From the IMG/VR virus record IMGVR_UViG_3300036827_000193, positions 1 through 64,000 of that record: a stretch of DNA of 64,000 bases; one strand, written 5' to 3'. Numbering within the stretch: the stretch's first letter is position 1; the number at the start of each line of letters is the position of its first letter. The position numbers and the translations under genes are program-made. The notes beneath the pieces are model-generated. The model worked only from the letters and a program-made list of their open reading frames with translations, was not told the DNA's origin and ran no database searches. This DNA is from a virus. Positions 9,510 to 18,742 of the stretch are shown in pieces.

Positions 9510-11329
9510 CCGTCCAGCACATCACCGGAGACTGTCGCGACAAGCTCCGCACCCTGCCCGCGGGATCCGTGCAGTGCATCGTGACGAGCCCGCCATACTG
9601 GGGCCTCCGTGATTATCGGATACCGCCGTCAGTGTGGGGCGGAGATCCCGCGTGCCGGCATCGTTTCGCCAAGGAGCGCACTTCCCTCGAGCTGCGCAAG
9701 GGCGCTGGCCTTGCCGTGCTCGGCGCGCAGATGAAGGGCGGTGGCCACAAGCAGGCCGGCATGGCTGGCAAGAAGTTCATCATCGAGCGCGGCTTCTGCC
9801 GCTGCGGCGCCTGGCGCGGCTGCTACGGCCTTGAGCCGACCTACCAGCTCTACATCGCGCACACCGTCGAAATCTTCCGCGAGGTTTGGCGCGTGCTGCG
9901 CGAGGACGGCACGCTCTGGCTCAACATGGGCGACTGCTATGCGACGCACCGGGCCGGATGGCCGGCAGCGAAGTACAAGGAGGAAGGCTGGGATCATCGT
10001 TTCGTCGACAAGCCGTTCGATACCTCGTCGCGCAAGCGCGCGAGCGACGGCAACGGGCGCTCGACGCCCGGCCGCGCGCACGGACGGATCGGCAGCAACG
10101 GCGCCTACCACGGCCCCGAGGCGCAGCCGAACCGCGATCCGCAGCCGGGCCTCAAGCCGAAAGACCTGGCCGGGATGCCCTGGCGCGTCGCCTTCGCGCT
10201 GCAGGCGGACGGCTGGTGGCTGCGCCGCGACATCATCTGGCACAAGAAAAATCCCATGCCCGAATCGGTCTGCGACCGGCCGACGACCGCGCACGAGTAT
10301 TTGTTCCAGTTCTCGAAGTCGGGCGACACGCTGCTGTGGCGGCATGATCTGACCCGGCAATGGGTCGAGACCAAGCCCGAGCCCGACTGGCGCTGGCGGC
10401 ACCGCATCACGCGTGACGTGACCGACGTTCCGCAGGCCGGGGAAGATTGGTTCAAGTTCAATCTGTGGAGCGGCTTCGACTATTACTACGAGTACGAAGC
10501 CATCATGGAGCCGTCGTCGCCGGACAGCCACGCGCGCGCTGCCAAAATCAAGTTCCCCGGCGGCTGGGATTTGGGCGAAGGCGCACACGGCACGATCAAT
10601 CGAAGCGGCCGGACCGAAGCCACCTACGTTGGCATCGGCCACAACGCTCGGCCGACAAAGGGTGTGCCGAACGGCGCCGTCGGTCGGCCGCAGGACGAGC
10701 GCTGGAAGCCCGGCGGCCCGAACTCGCGCTTCGCTAAGGACCGCATACCGGACAACCGCAAATCGCACGCCGGCTACGACGGCCCGCGGCCGAAGAACAA
10801 TGCCAACGCGGATGCGTCGCTGAAGGCGCGCGACCGCAAGCTTGCCGACTATGGCGATGGGCGCGGCCCGCGGCCGAAGCAGAACGAAAGTTTCTTCGAC
10901 GCCATCGGCTGCGGCGAACTCGTCCCCATGCGCAACAAGCGCTCGGTGTGGTCGATCGCGACCAAGCCGTTCAAGGAAGCGCACTTCGCGACATTTCCGC
11001 CTAGCCTGGTCGAGCCGTGCATTCTCGCCGGCTGCCCGAATGGCGGCGTGGTGCTCGATCCGTTCGGTGGCGCGGGCACCGTCGGCTTGGTCGCCGACCA
11101 GCTCGGCCGCAACGCCATCCTGATCGAGCTCAATCCCGCCTACGCCAAAATGGCGCAGGCGCGCATCGCGCGCGGGCGCATGGGCCCCGAGGAAAAAAAG
11201 CGCGCCACCATCAAGTCGAGCGGCAAGCTCAAGCGCGCGCGCGACCTGCCGCTGTTTCGGAAACGGAAGTCTGTCACGCGTGATGAAGAAAGCGTTCCAG
11301 CGCCGCTTTTGCTTCCTGCTTTGCGCTAA
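9506..11329 (+). CDS. N4-cytosine/N6-adenine DNA methyltransferase (beta class) with large insertions
   Basis: VTSPPYWGLRDY motif IV, IIWHKKNPMPESV, AHFATFP, VLDPFGGAGT motif I. Confidence 0.93.
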   Translation: MTVQHITGDCRDKLRTLPAGSVQCIVTSPPYWGLRDYRIPPSVWGGDPACRHRFAKERTSLELRKGAGLAVLGAQMKGGGHKQAGMAGKKFIIERGFCRCGAWRGCYGLEPTYQLYIAHTVEIFREVWRVLREDGTLWLNMGDCYATHRAGWPAAKYKEEGWDHRFVDKPFDTSSRKRASDGNGRSTPGRAHGRIGSNGAYHGPEAQPNRDPQPGLKPKDLAGMPWRVAFALQADGWWLRRDIIWHKKNPMPESVCDRPTTAHEYLFQFSKSGDTLLWRHDLTRQWVETKPEPDWRWRHRITRDVTDVPQAGEDWFKFNLWSGFDYYYEYEAIMEPSSPDSHARAAKIKFPGGWDLGEGAHGTINRSGRTEATYVGIGHNARPTKGVPNGAVGRPQDERWKPGGPNSRFAKDRIPDNRKSHAGYDGPRPKNNANADASLKARDRKLADYGDGRGPRPKQNESFFDAIGCGELVPMRNKRSVWSIATKPFKEAHFATFPPSLVEPCILAGCPNGGVVLDPFGGAGTVGLVADQLGRNAILIELNPAYAKMAQARIARGRMGPEEKKRATIKSSGKLKRARDLPLFRKRKSVTRDEESVPAPLLLPALR

Positions 11330-11353
11330 CCAAATCACGCGAGGTTGACGGCC

Positions 11354-13267
11354 ATGCATCCCATTCCAAATAACGCGCTCGATGACCGGCTCGGCTTCCT
11401 CGGAACATCCGGCTCCGGCAAGACCTACAATGCCGGCGGTGCGGTCGAGCGGCTGCTCGAACGCCGCGCCCGCGTCGTCATCATCGATCCGCTCGGCGTA
11501 TGGTGGGGCCTGCGCCTCACCGCCGATGGCAAGCACCCATCGCCCTACAATGTCGTGATCTTCGGCGGCCCGCGCGGCGATCTGCCGTTGACCGAGCACG
11601 CCGGCGCGCTGATCGGCGAGACCGCGGCGATCATCGCGGAAAGCTGCATCATCGACTTGAGCGAGATGCGCGGCCACTCGGCCGAGCGCCGCTTCATGAC
11701 GGCGTTCCTGGAAACCATCTACCGCAAGGCCGCCGGCGAGCCGTTCCACCTGATCGTCGACGAGGCCGACCTGTTCGCGCCGCAGAAGCCGCAAGGCGGA
11801 CAGGAGGTCCTGCTCGGCCACATGGAAAACATCGTGCGCCGCGGGCGCGTGCTGGGCTTCATCCCGTGGCTGATCTCGCAGCGCCCGGCGGTGCTGAACA
11901 AGAACGTGCTCTCGCAGGTCGATGGCCTGATCGCGTTCAAACTCACCTCGACGCAGGACCGCGATGCGCTCGACGCCTGGATCGAAGGCCAGGCCGACAA
12001 GGCCAAGGGCAAGGAGATCAAGGACTCGCTGCCTGTGATGTCGGTCGGGCAAGGCATCGTCTGGCTGCCCGGCCACGGCATCCTCAAGACGGTGCAGTTC
12101 CCGCCGAAGGTCACATTCGACAGCTCGCGCACGCCCAAGCGCGGCGAGAAGCAAAAGCGCGCCAAGACCCTCAAGCCGCTCGATGTCGGTGTGCTCAAGG
12201 GGCGGCTGGCGAGCGTCGAAGCCGAAGCCAAGGCCAACGACCCGAAGGCGCTGCGCTCGGAAGTGGCGGCGCTCAAGGCCGAGAAGGTGAAGCTCGAAAA
12301 GCAGGTCACCACGGCGAGCGAGGCAAAAAAACCGCCCGACAAGGACGCGCTCAAGAAGATCGAGCAGCGCGCCATCGAACAGGCGAAAAAACACTTCGCC
12401 CCCCTACTCACTGCTTTGGAGGCGGCCATGAAGTTCATCGTCGAGATCAATGCCAAGGGTTTCTTCAAGGCTGGTGGTGACGCCGTGGACAAGGACGCCG
12501 TCGAAAAGGCGATCAAGGAGGCCGCGCAGCAGGTCACCAGGCTTGTGGAAGGTCATCTGTCGCGACACGACAAGCGCCTAGATGCGCTTCGTGTCGAGGC
12601 GGAACGACTTGCGGCGCGCATCAAGTCCGCGATCGAGAAATCCGGGGAGGATGTCAACATAGCGGTGAACGTCACCCACAATGAGCCGTTCACTGTTCAA
12701 CCGGGAAAATCTTCGGCGGCCGTTGTCCCCCGGCCGGCAGTCGCAAGACCGTCTGCCGCGGCGAGCGGGGATGGCACGTATTCCCGTCCGCAGATGAAGG
12801 TCTTGCGGGCGCTCGCGATGTGGAAGGCAATCGGCCATGACAGGCCTTCGCGGGAAATGGTGGCGGCAGCCGCCGGCTATAGTCCTTCGTCGGGCGGCTT
12901 CAATAATCTTCTCGGCGGTCTCGGCCCCAAGGCCCTCGGCGTCATCGGAATTCCCGCGGCGGGCAATGTATCGCTCGAAATCGACGGCATCGACGTGCCA
13001 ACAATCGACGAAGGCCGCGACATGCTGCTCGATGTCCTGAGCCGGCCGCAACGCAGGCTCGTCGCCGCGCTCAACGGCGCGGGCGCGATCACGCGTGACC
13101 AGCTTGGCGAGGCCACTGGCTATTCGGCCTCAAGCGGCGGCTTCAACAATCTCATCGGCTCGCTCAACACGCTCGGCATCACCTACGTGCCGCAGCAGAG
13201 CCATGTCTCGCTATCCGATTGGGCGCAGGAATTGCTTTCGGGCTATACGATGGATGTCGCAGCATAG
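11354..13267 (+). CDS. HerA/FtsK-like (DUF87-type) ATPase with coiled coil and tandem C-terminal wHTH-like repeats
   Basis: Walker A GTSGSGKT, Walker B LIVDEAD, RRGR, SQRP; two copies of GYS.SSGGFNNL.G.L. Confidence 0.85.
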   Translation: MHPIPNNALDDRLGFLGTSGSGKTYNAGGAVERLLERRARVVIIDPLGVWWGLRLTADGKHPSPYNVVIFGGPRGDLPLTEHAGALIGETAAIIAESCIIDLSEMRGHSAERRFMTAFLETIYRKAAGEPFHLIVDEADLFAPQKPQGGQEVLLGHMENIVRRGRVLGFIPWLISQRPAVLNKNVLSQVDGLIAFKLTSTQDRDALDAWIEGQADKAKGKEIKDSLPVMSVGQGIVWLPGHGILKTVQFPPKVTFDSSRTPKRGEKQKRAKTLKPLDVGVLKGRLASVEAEAKANDPKALRSEVAALKAEKVKLEKQVTTASEAKKPPDKDALKKIEQRAIEQAKKHFAPLLTALEAAMKFIVEINAKGFFKAGGDAVDKDAVEKAIKEAAQQVTRLVEGHLSRHDKRLDALRVEAERLAARIKSAIEKSGEDVNIAVNVTHNEPFTVQPGKSSAAVVPRPAVARPSAAASGDGTYSRPQMKVLRALAMWKAIGHDRPSREMVAAAAGYSPSSGGFNNLLGGLGPKALGVIGIPAAGNVSLEIDGIDVPTIDEGRDMLLDVLSRPQRRLVAALNGAGAITRDQLGEATGYSASSGGFNNLIGSLNTLGITYVPQQSHVSLSDWAQELLSGYTMDVAA

Positions 13268-13361
13268 GCCGCAGCACAATGGCCGAGCCAGCGCTGGGAA
13301 GTTGTCGCGCTGCGCGGTCCGGACGAATGAACGATCACGTCTCGATAATGCGGAGCACACA

Positions 13362-13895
13362 ATGATCCAAGCACCGCGATTTACGCTTGAAGATGCTGAT
13401 CACGCCTATGACGGCTGGGGCGCAAACTGCGGGCCGGGCGCGCTCGCCGCGATCTTGGGCATGACGCTCGACGAGGTACGGCCGCATCTCATTGGCTTCG
13501 ATCAAAAGCGCTACACCAACCCGACGATGATGTTTGATGCCCTGGAAAGCCTAAAGGCCAAAATTCGGGTTCGCTCAGTTGCGGACAACGTACCCCATTT
13601 AGAATGGCCACGGTACGGCTTGGCTCGCATCCAGTGGGAAGGACCGTGGACAGCGCCCGGCGCGAACCCGAAGTGGCGCTATCGACAAACGCATTGGGTC
13701 GGAGCCGCACGCCGCAACGGCGAAATCGGCATCTTCGATATCAACTGCATGAACAACGGCACAGGATGGTGCCTGCTCAAAGATTGGTCGGAGACGATCG
13801 TGCCGCACTTGACCGCGCTTTATCCTCGCGCCAGCGGCAAGTGGCACCTCACGCATTCGATCGAGGTCACGTCGACAGTCATGGGGAGTTCATGA
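13362..13895 (+). CDS. Putative papain-fold (C39-like) protein
   Basis: ANCGPGALAAIL ... THWV ... IFD gives Cys-His-Asp order; GGAG RBS before ATG 13362. Confidence 0.6.
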   Translation: MIQAPRFTLEDADHAYDGWGANCGPGALAAILGMTLDEVRPHLIGFDQKRYTNPTMMFDALESLKAKIRVRSVADNVPHLEWPRYGLARIQWEGPWTAPGANPKWRYRQTHWVGAARRNGEIGIFDINCMNNGTGWCLLKDWSETIVPHLTALYPRASGKWHLTHSIEVTSTVMGSS

Positions 13896-14149
13896 GTATG
13901 AAACGGGACGGACCAGCAGCACGGGCGCGGATCGCATGGAAGGCGTTCGGCAAGGACGTGCGCAGTCTCCGGCTCAATTTGAACGTTGGGCTGCGGGAAT
14001 TGGCGCGAGGGTTTGGAATGCCGCCAGCAACGTTGAGCCGAGCCGAGCGCGGCAAGCCAGTCGATCCTGCGACATTCATGTTCTTAACCGATTGGTGTGG
14101 TCGTGATGCCCGCGAGTATCTTGCACCACTTTACACCAAAGAGCGGTAA
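13892..14149 (+). CDS. XRE-family HTH protein
   Basis: GLRELARGFGMPPATLSRAERGK; GGGGAG RBS. Confidence 0.8.
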   Translation: MSMKRDGPAARARIAWKAFGKDVRSLRLNLNVGLRELARGFGMPPATLSRAERGKPVDPATFMFLTDWCGRDAREYLAPLYTKER

Positions 14150-14206
14150 TTTGGGATGCACGTTGAAGCGGCGTTACTCGCGTCGTTGACATAGGAGAGA
14201 CCGGAG

Positions 14207-14647
14207 ATGCCAAGGCATACCGTCGAAAGCCTGGTGGAGGAATTGTTCGGCCTTGTTGAGCCGCATCAGGGGTATTTTCACGTCAGCGACGGGGAGACTT
14301 TTGATTCAAAGGAAGAGTTGTTTAGGCGCATTCGCGGCCGGTTGGCTCACGGGTTAGAGGCGTGCCGCAGAATGGATGCTTGGCTTAGGAAGCACGACCC
14401 GCTAGCGGGCAGCGACATTCACGGTCCCGGTAACGCACGCCGCGGGCCCCCACTGGAACACGCGATTTGCGGAAGCACTGGAGCCGATAATGCCGCAGGA
14501 ATGCGGTGCATGTGCGGATTACAGCGTGACGCTATTTCCGTCATGGGGCGAGGCCAGACTGACGACGGATCAGCAAAAGCTTTTCCGTTTTTTTGGATAT
14601 CCGCTTCGCTAAGGAAAAGCGGCGGGCCTCGGCCTTGTCTACGCTAG
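14207..14647 (+). CDS. Hypothetical protein; C-terminal half probably read-through into foreign sequence
   Basis: AGGAG RBS; 3' half overlaps another protein-like frame and a structured RNA. Confidence 0.45.
   Translation: MPRHTVESLVEELFGLVEPHQGYFHVSDGETFDSKEELFRRIRGRLAHGLEACRRMDAWLRKHDPLAGSDIHGPGNARRGPPLEHAICGSTGADNAAGMRCMCGLQRDAISVMGRGQTDDGSAKAFPFFWISASLRKSGGPRPCLR
14436..14612 (+). pseudogene. C-terminal remnant of a gene, possibly DUF3800 family
   Basis: Frame HAAGPHWNTRFAEALEPIMP...LTTDQQKLFRFFGYPLR* with no convincing start; family resemblance recalled, not searched. Confidence 0.4.
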
Positions 14648-14738
14648 AAGGCTTATAGGTCACTCCGTCGGTGACCGTCCTCCTAGTTGCCCATCGACTC
14701 GTGTTCGATGGGCCAAGGGTGTTCCGACGTATCCCGCC
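14621..14738. ncRNA. Multi-stem structured RNA candidate (DUF3800-motif-like position)
   Basis: Nested pairings GGCGGG/CCCGCC, TCGG/CCGA, CCTTG/CAAGG, CTAGAAGG/CCTCCTAG, GGTCAC/GTGACC, GCCCATCGA/TCGATGGGC. Confidence 0.6.
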
Positions 14739-14965
14739 ATTTCAAAATATAGAGGATTCATCTTGTTGAATCAATAGCTTACTAAGCCTTTGGCCAGACT
14801 CGACTTTTGGATACCTCTCCAAAGTCGAACGCCCCTGGACGGTCGAGGCCGCTCAGCAGATCGTCGATCGCATGAATGAGCGCGAGCGCGAAAAGACGCG
14901 TTGACAGCAGTTTTATGCGGGAGAAGCCTGCTATAATACAGGCGCGCATCCAGGAGGCTTGGCCG

Positions 14966-15157
14966 ATGGGACCACCAGACGACTACGGCCATCAACTGTC
15001 ATCCGAGGATCGCAGGACGATCGGCGTCGGATATATGGCAGGCTTTGCAGCAGCCTTGCTGCTGCTCACGGCGGCCATCGTGTGGCAGTGGCAAACGCCA
15101 AAAATGCCCCGCCCGGCGGATGGCCAGGCGGGGCAGGTGCAAATTCCGGGACGCTAG
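14966..15157 (+). CDS. Small single-TM protein (moron-like)
   Basis: AGGAGG RBS, one hydrophobic helix. Confidence 0.6.
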   Translation: MGPPDDYGHQLSSEDRRTIGVGYMAGFAAALLLLTAAIVWQWQTPKMPRPADGQAGQVQIPGR

Positions 15158-15326
15158 GCGTCGCCAAAACCTATTGTTCGGACGGGATCAGCTTTTCGTC
15201 ACCGCAGCCGACGACCTCCACCTCGCGCTCCTCGAACAGCGGATCGTCCTCGCCATCGTAGCTGCGCCGCCGCGCCACCCGGCGCACCCGGGCGCGAGGG
15301 CTGTGGCGGCGCTGGCGCATGGCATG

Positions 15327-15572
15327 TCACGCCAGGGGAATGTGCGGCAGGTAGCGATTGACGAACGCGCCGATGATCGTGCCGGCGCCGGCAAACCAGT
15401 ATTGCCGGTTCTCGACCTTGCGGGTGCGGACTTCGAGATTGGTTGTGCGGTCGTCCTGGGCCTTCATCTGGGTGATAAAGGTCGAAACGCCGCCCTCCAA
15501 TCGTCCGACGCTGTGTGTCAGGTCATTGATGGACGTCATCAGCGCGGTGAACTGGGTGTCGGTCACAGCCAT
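15327..15572 (-). CDS. Coiled-coil plus C-terminal TM lysis-module protein (holin/XhlA-like candidate)
   Basis: GAGG RBS, heptad region then WFAGAGTIIGAFV; follows the spanins. Confidence 0.6.
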   Translation of the reverse strand: MAVTDTQFTALMTSINDLTHSVGRLEGGVSTFITQMKAQDDRTTNLEVRTRKVENRQYWFAGAGTIIGAFVNRYLPHIPLA

Positions 15573-15573
15573 G

Positions 15574-15840
15574 TCACCTCTCCTTCGCGTAGTCGCGCTG
15601 GACGCCGGCATACCAGCCACGCTGCCCGGCGATGATCCTGTTGGCCTCGATGCGACCTGCGCGCTCGCGCGCGGCAATGGTCAGCAGCGCGTCGCCTTGC
15701 TTCGGCTCCGCGACCGCAACCGGCCGCACGAAGCTCGGCTCGTCCGGCAGGCTTCTGGCGATCGGCGGTTTACCGGATTGTGCGCAGGCGCTTAGCAAAC
15801 AAAGAGCGACGAGAGGTGCACTTTTTGATACGCTGCGCAC
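15574..15840 (-). CDS. Putative o-spanin lipoprotein (Rz1-like)
   Basis: GTG start inferred; lipobox LLSAC; Pro-rich segment after the Cys. Confidence 0.7.
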   Translation of the reverse strand: MRSVSKSAPLVALCLLSACAQSGKPPIARSLPDEPSFVRPVAVAEPKQGDALLTIAARERAGRIEANRIIAGQRGWYAGVQRDYAKER

Positions 15841-15855
15841 GATGGAGATTCCGCC

Positions 15856-16482
15856 GTGTCGAAAATAATTGATCGTTCGGGGCATCGGTTTGGTGACCTC
15901 GTTGCTATTCGAGTTGTTGGACGCAACGCCACGGGCGGAGCCGTTTGGCTTTGTAAGTGCGACTGCGGTCGAGAGACAAAAGTTGTGGGCCACCGCCTCG
16001 GCATGACGAAATCGTGCGGTCACCGACAAGCTGCGGCCCTTGATAAGGGGCGACGGGAGATCAGGCACGGGCATGCGCGAAAGGGGGCGCAGTCGGCTGA
16101 ATTTCTCGCTTGGCGGTCAATGCGGGCGAGGTGTCTTCTGCCAACGGCCGCTAATTACAATCGCTACGGAGCACGGGGCATCACTGTTTGCGAGCGGTGG
16201 ATGGTCTTCGAAAACTTTCTGTCGGATATGGGGAACAAGCCATCACCAAAACACTCGCTTGATCGATTCCCTAACAACGACGGCAACTACGAGCCGGGCA
16301 ACTGCCGATGGGCAACCCCAGCGGAGCAAACCAGGAACAGGCGCAGTAACCGCCGTGTGTTGGTCCGCGGTGAGGAGATGATCCTCATTGATGCGATCAA
16401 TCGATTTTGCCCTGATCGCAAGAAAACCGTGCAGTCCAGGCTGCACGCTGGTTGGGATATCGAGCGGGCGCTATTTACTTGA
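15856..16482 (+). CDS. Free-standing HNH-like homing endonuclease
   Basis: WLCKCDCG, KSCG, YGARGITVCERW, SLDR..NNDGNYEPGNCRWAT..EQ..N; lower GC; antisense to neighbours. Confidence 0.85.
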   Translation: MSKIIDRSGHRFGDLVAIRVVGRNATGGAVWLCKCDCGRETKVVGHRLGMTKSCGHRQAAALDKGRREIRHGHARKGAQSAEFLAWRSMRARCLLPTAANYNRYGARGITVCERWMVFENFLSDMGNKPSPKHSLDRFPNNDGNYEPGNCRWATPAEQTRNRRSNRRVLVRGEEMILIDAINRFCPDRKKTVQSRLHAGWDIERALFT

Positions 16483-16870
16483 TGGACCTCAACCGTTGCA
16501 GGCCATCAGTGTCGAGCTTGCAGACAGCAGCAATCGGCTTCTTGCTCAGCGCGTCATTAAGGGCGCTGATTTTCTCTGTATCGGCGGCGTGCGCCTGGTC
16601 GAGATCGGCCGCGCGTTTTTCGGCGTCGTCGGCGGCTTGCGTCCTGATCGCGAGATCGCGGGCAATCACGGCATTCTGCGCGCGCACGTCGGCTTCATGG
16701 CACGCCGCATTCGCGATCGAGCGGCCGTGAACGTCTGCGTAGACATAGACGGCAAGCGCCACGACGCCGAGGCGGACCCACTGGTTGGAGAGCACGGCGA
16801 GAGCGATGCCCCAGCCGCCAGTGGCGATCGAGGCGGCGCCGGGGATGAGGGCGATGAGACCGGCCAGCAT
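16475..16870 (-). CDS. Putative i-spanin (Rz-like)
   Basis: N-terminal TM, Ala-rich coiled coil, C-terminal Cys; downstream of the endolysin. Confidence 0.7.
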   Translation of the reverse strand: MLAGLIALIPGAASIATGGWGIALAVLSNQWVRLGVVALAVYVYADVHGRSIANAACHEADVRAQNAVIARDLAIRTQAADDAEKRAADLDQAHAADTEKISALNDALSKKPIAAVCKLDTDGLQRLRSIK

Positions 16871-16871
16871 G

Positions 16872-17198
16872 TCAACAATCCTTAATTGCGCCATTGCGCA
16901 CAAAGAAATGAGCCTCGCAGCCGCCTTTCAGCGCTACGGAGCTTGAGCCGGCGACCAATGTCAGATCGTCAATTCCGGTGCCTTGCATTTCCCAGCGACC
17001 AGGCGTCGGGCGAGTGTCTTGCGGGACCGACGGCGACCAACAAATGACGCCGTGCGTACCGATCGCGCCGTTATTGGCGGTGAAACACTTTGGGCACAGG
17101 AACTTAATGCCGTCCGCCTCAGCGAGCGTGGCAACACATTGAAAGCGGTGATTGTCTTCGCGCTTTAGAAACTGCGGTTCGAGATCGGAGAGGAGCAT
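16872..17198 (-). CDS. Zn-binding hypothetical protein (DUF6527-like)
   Basis: FLCPKC...H ... GGCEAHFFVRNG. Confidence 0.6.
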   Translation of the reverse strand: MLLSDLEPQFLKREDNHRFQCVATLAEADGIKFLCPKCFTANNGAIGTHGVICWSPSVPQDTRPTPGRWEMQGTGIDDLTLVAGSSSVALKGGCEAHFFVRNGAIKDC

Positions 17199-17199
17199 G

Positions 17200-18420
17200 T
17201 CAGGCCTCCGCCGATCCGGCGTGCACGCCGGTGCGATGGTCATCAAGCCGCGCCGCTTCGATCTTCTTGATATTGCGCCAGATGAAGAAGCCGCCGATCG
17301 CGAAGGCGACGGCAAAGAACGGCGCCGCCGGATGGCCGAGCAGCGGCCCGATCAGGTCGTGCACGCTTTGCCAGATGCCCTTGGCCTGGTTGGCCTTGTC
17401 GACCGCGCCCTGTGCGGTGTCGAGCAGGCCGAGACGCTCGGCGCCGGCGCCGGCGCCAAGGAGGCCGCCGAACCACATCTTGAGCTTGCCGATGAGGCCG
17501 GCCTGGTCGGAGGCGGCGATGGTGCGCGATCCCGCGGCGCGCAGATCCTTCACGGTCGCCTGGGCGCGCTCCGGCGCGACCTCGCGCGGGGCGGCGGTGT
17601 CCATGGCCTCGATCGTCGCCGGGTCGAGCTCGCCGTTGACCGGCAGCCCCTCATGGGCCTGGAATGCGGCCGTGGCGCCCTTGGCGCGGGTGTCCATCTC
17701 GTCGGTCGGCATGCCGACCTCGGCGTAGCCGAGCTTGCGCAGCTTCTCCTGCGCCGCCGCAACGACCGGCTTGGGCTGGGCCGCCGGCGCCGATGTCGGC
17801 GCCGTGGCCGCCGCCGCGAGCTTGCGGCTCCAGCGCGCCCATGCGGCGCGCAGCTTGACGTCGTACTGGTTGGCGGCATAGCCGGCGCCATTGTACTTGC
17901 GTGCCGCCGTCGACCATTCGTGCTTGTTGAGCGCGTCGGCGACGCCGGAATGCTTGAGCTCGCGCACCATGCAGTCGATCTGCGCGGCAACGCCGCCATC
18001 GACCATGTGGTCGATCATGGCGATGGCGTTGGCGAAGCCGAGTTCTTCGGCGAGGTTGCCCATGGTCTGCCCGATGCCCCACGAGCACGACCGATCGGCG
18101 CATTCCTCGTCGACGCCGCGCGCCCGGGCGATCAGGTCAAGGCGCATCGCGGAGGTGCGCTCGTCCTTGTACTGCGTCGCCTTCGACCAGTGCGGGATGG
18201 CGAGGCCCTTGGCGCAGGCAATGGCGAGCTTGGCCTTCGAGCGCTTTGATAATTCGCGGTAGAAGATATGCCGCTCGAACAGGAACGCCGGCGTGCGGCC
18301 GTCCTGCTCGAAGGTCTTGCCGCCGGTTTCGACCTCGGCGATGGCAAGCAGCGCCGCCGGCTCGATCGCATTGGCGGTGGCCGCAGCCGTCAGGTCGCGG
18401 ATCAGGCTTTCGGAAAACAT
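17200..18420 (-). CDS. Endolysin: N-acetylmuramidase (DUF3380-like) plus PG-binding domain and C-terminal TM segments
   Basis: AIAEVETGG, FERHIF, SWGIGQTMG, ARKYNG..Y..NQYD; QEKLRKLGY...AFQAHEGL..GELD. Confidence 0.9.
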   Translation of the reverse strand: MFSESLIRDLTAAATANAIEPAALLAIAEVETGGKTFEQDGRTPAFLFERHIFYRELSKRSKAKLAIACAKGLAIPHWSKATQYKDERTSAMRLDLIARARGVDEECADRSCSWGIGQTMGNLAEELGFANAIAMIDHMVDGGVAAQIDCMVRELKHSGVADALNKHEWSTAARKYNGAGYAANQYDVKLRAAWARWSRKLAAAATAPTSAPAAQPKPVVAAAQEKLRKLGYAEVGMPTDEMDTRAKGATAAFQAHEGLPVNGELDPATIEAMDTAAPREVAPERAQATVKDLRAAGSRTIAASDQAGLIGKLKMWFGGLLGAGAGAERLGLLDTAQGAVDKANQAKGIWQSVHDLIGPLLGHPAAPFFAVAFAIGGFFIWRNIKKIEAARLDDHRTGVHAGSAEA

Positions 18421-18436
18421 GGATACCCTCTTGTGT

Positions 18437-18742
18437 TCAGGATCGGTCGCCGTTGACGGCGCGCATCAGGTCTGGCGCCAGCTCGGCAGCGACCAGAACG
18501 GCCCGGCATATCTCGCCGCCGTCGCCCATCATGACGATGGCGCGCCGATCCATGAGGCGCACGATGACGACGGTGCGGTATTCAAACTCGGTCGGTGGCG
18601 GCTGCGCATTGACCCAGGCGACGGCGCGCGCCGCCTCGATGGGCGAAAGCTGATCGAGCGTGTCGGCATGGCGGTCGTGCACGAACGGCAGCAGCGCCGA
18701 CAGCAGCGGCACACACACGACTGCGGGCGGCGGCGGCGTCAT
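18437..18742 (-). CDS. Hypothetical protein
   Basis: Coupled ORF in the operon. Confidence 0.5.
   Translation of the reverse strand: MTPPPPAVVCVPLLSALLPFVHDRHADTLDQLSPIEAARAVAWVNAQPPPTEFEYRTVVIVRLMDRRAIVMMGDGGEICRAVLVAAELAPDLMRAVNGDRS

Noticed and set aside
9629-12394. 921-aa minus-strand ORF (likewise 20133..22811, 33558..35702, 2330..3829 and similar)
   Set aside because: Antisense shadows of real high-GC genes; no motifs
14901-14937. Perfect TTGACA and TATAAT hexamers upstream of the 14966 ORF
   Set aside because: Spacer is 25 nt, too long for one sigma70 promoter
15856-16482. HNH genes (also 39040..39588) as intron-encoded
   Set aside because: No P/Q/R/S elements seen around them and the flanking genes are not interrupted
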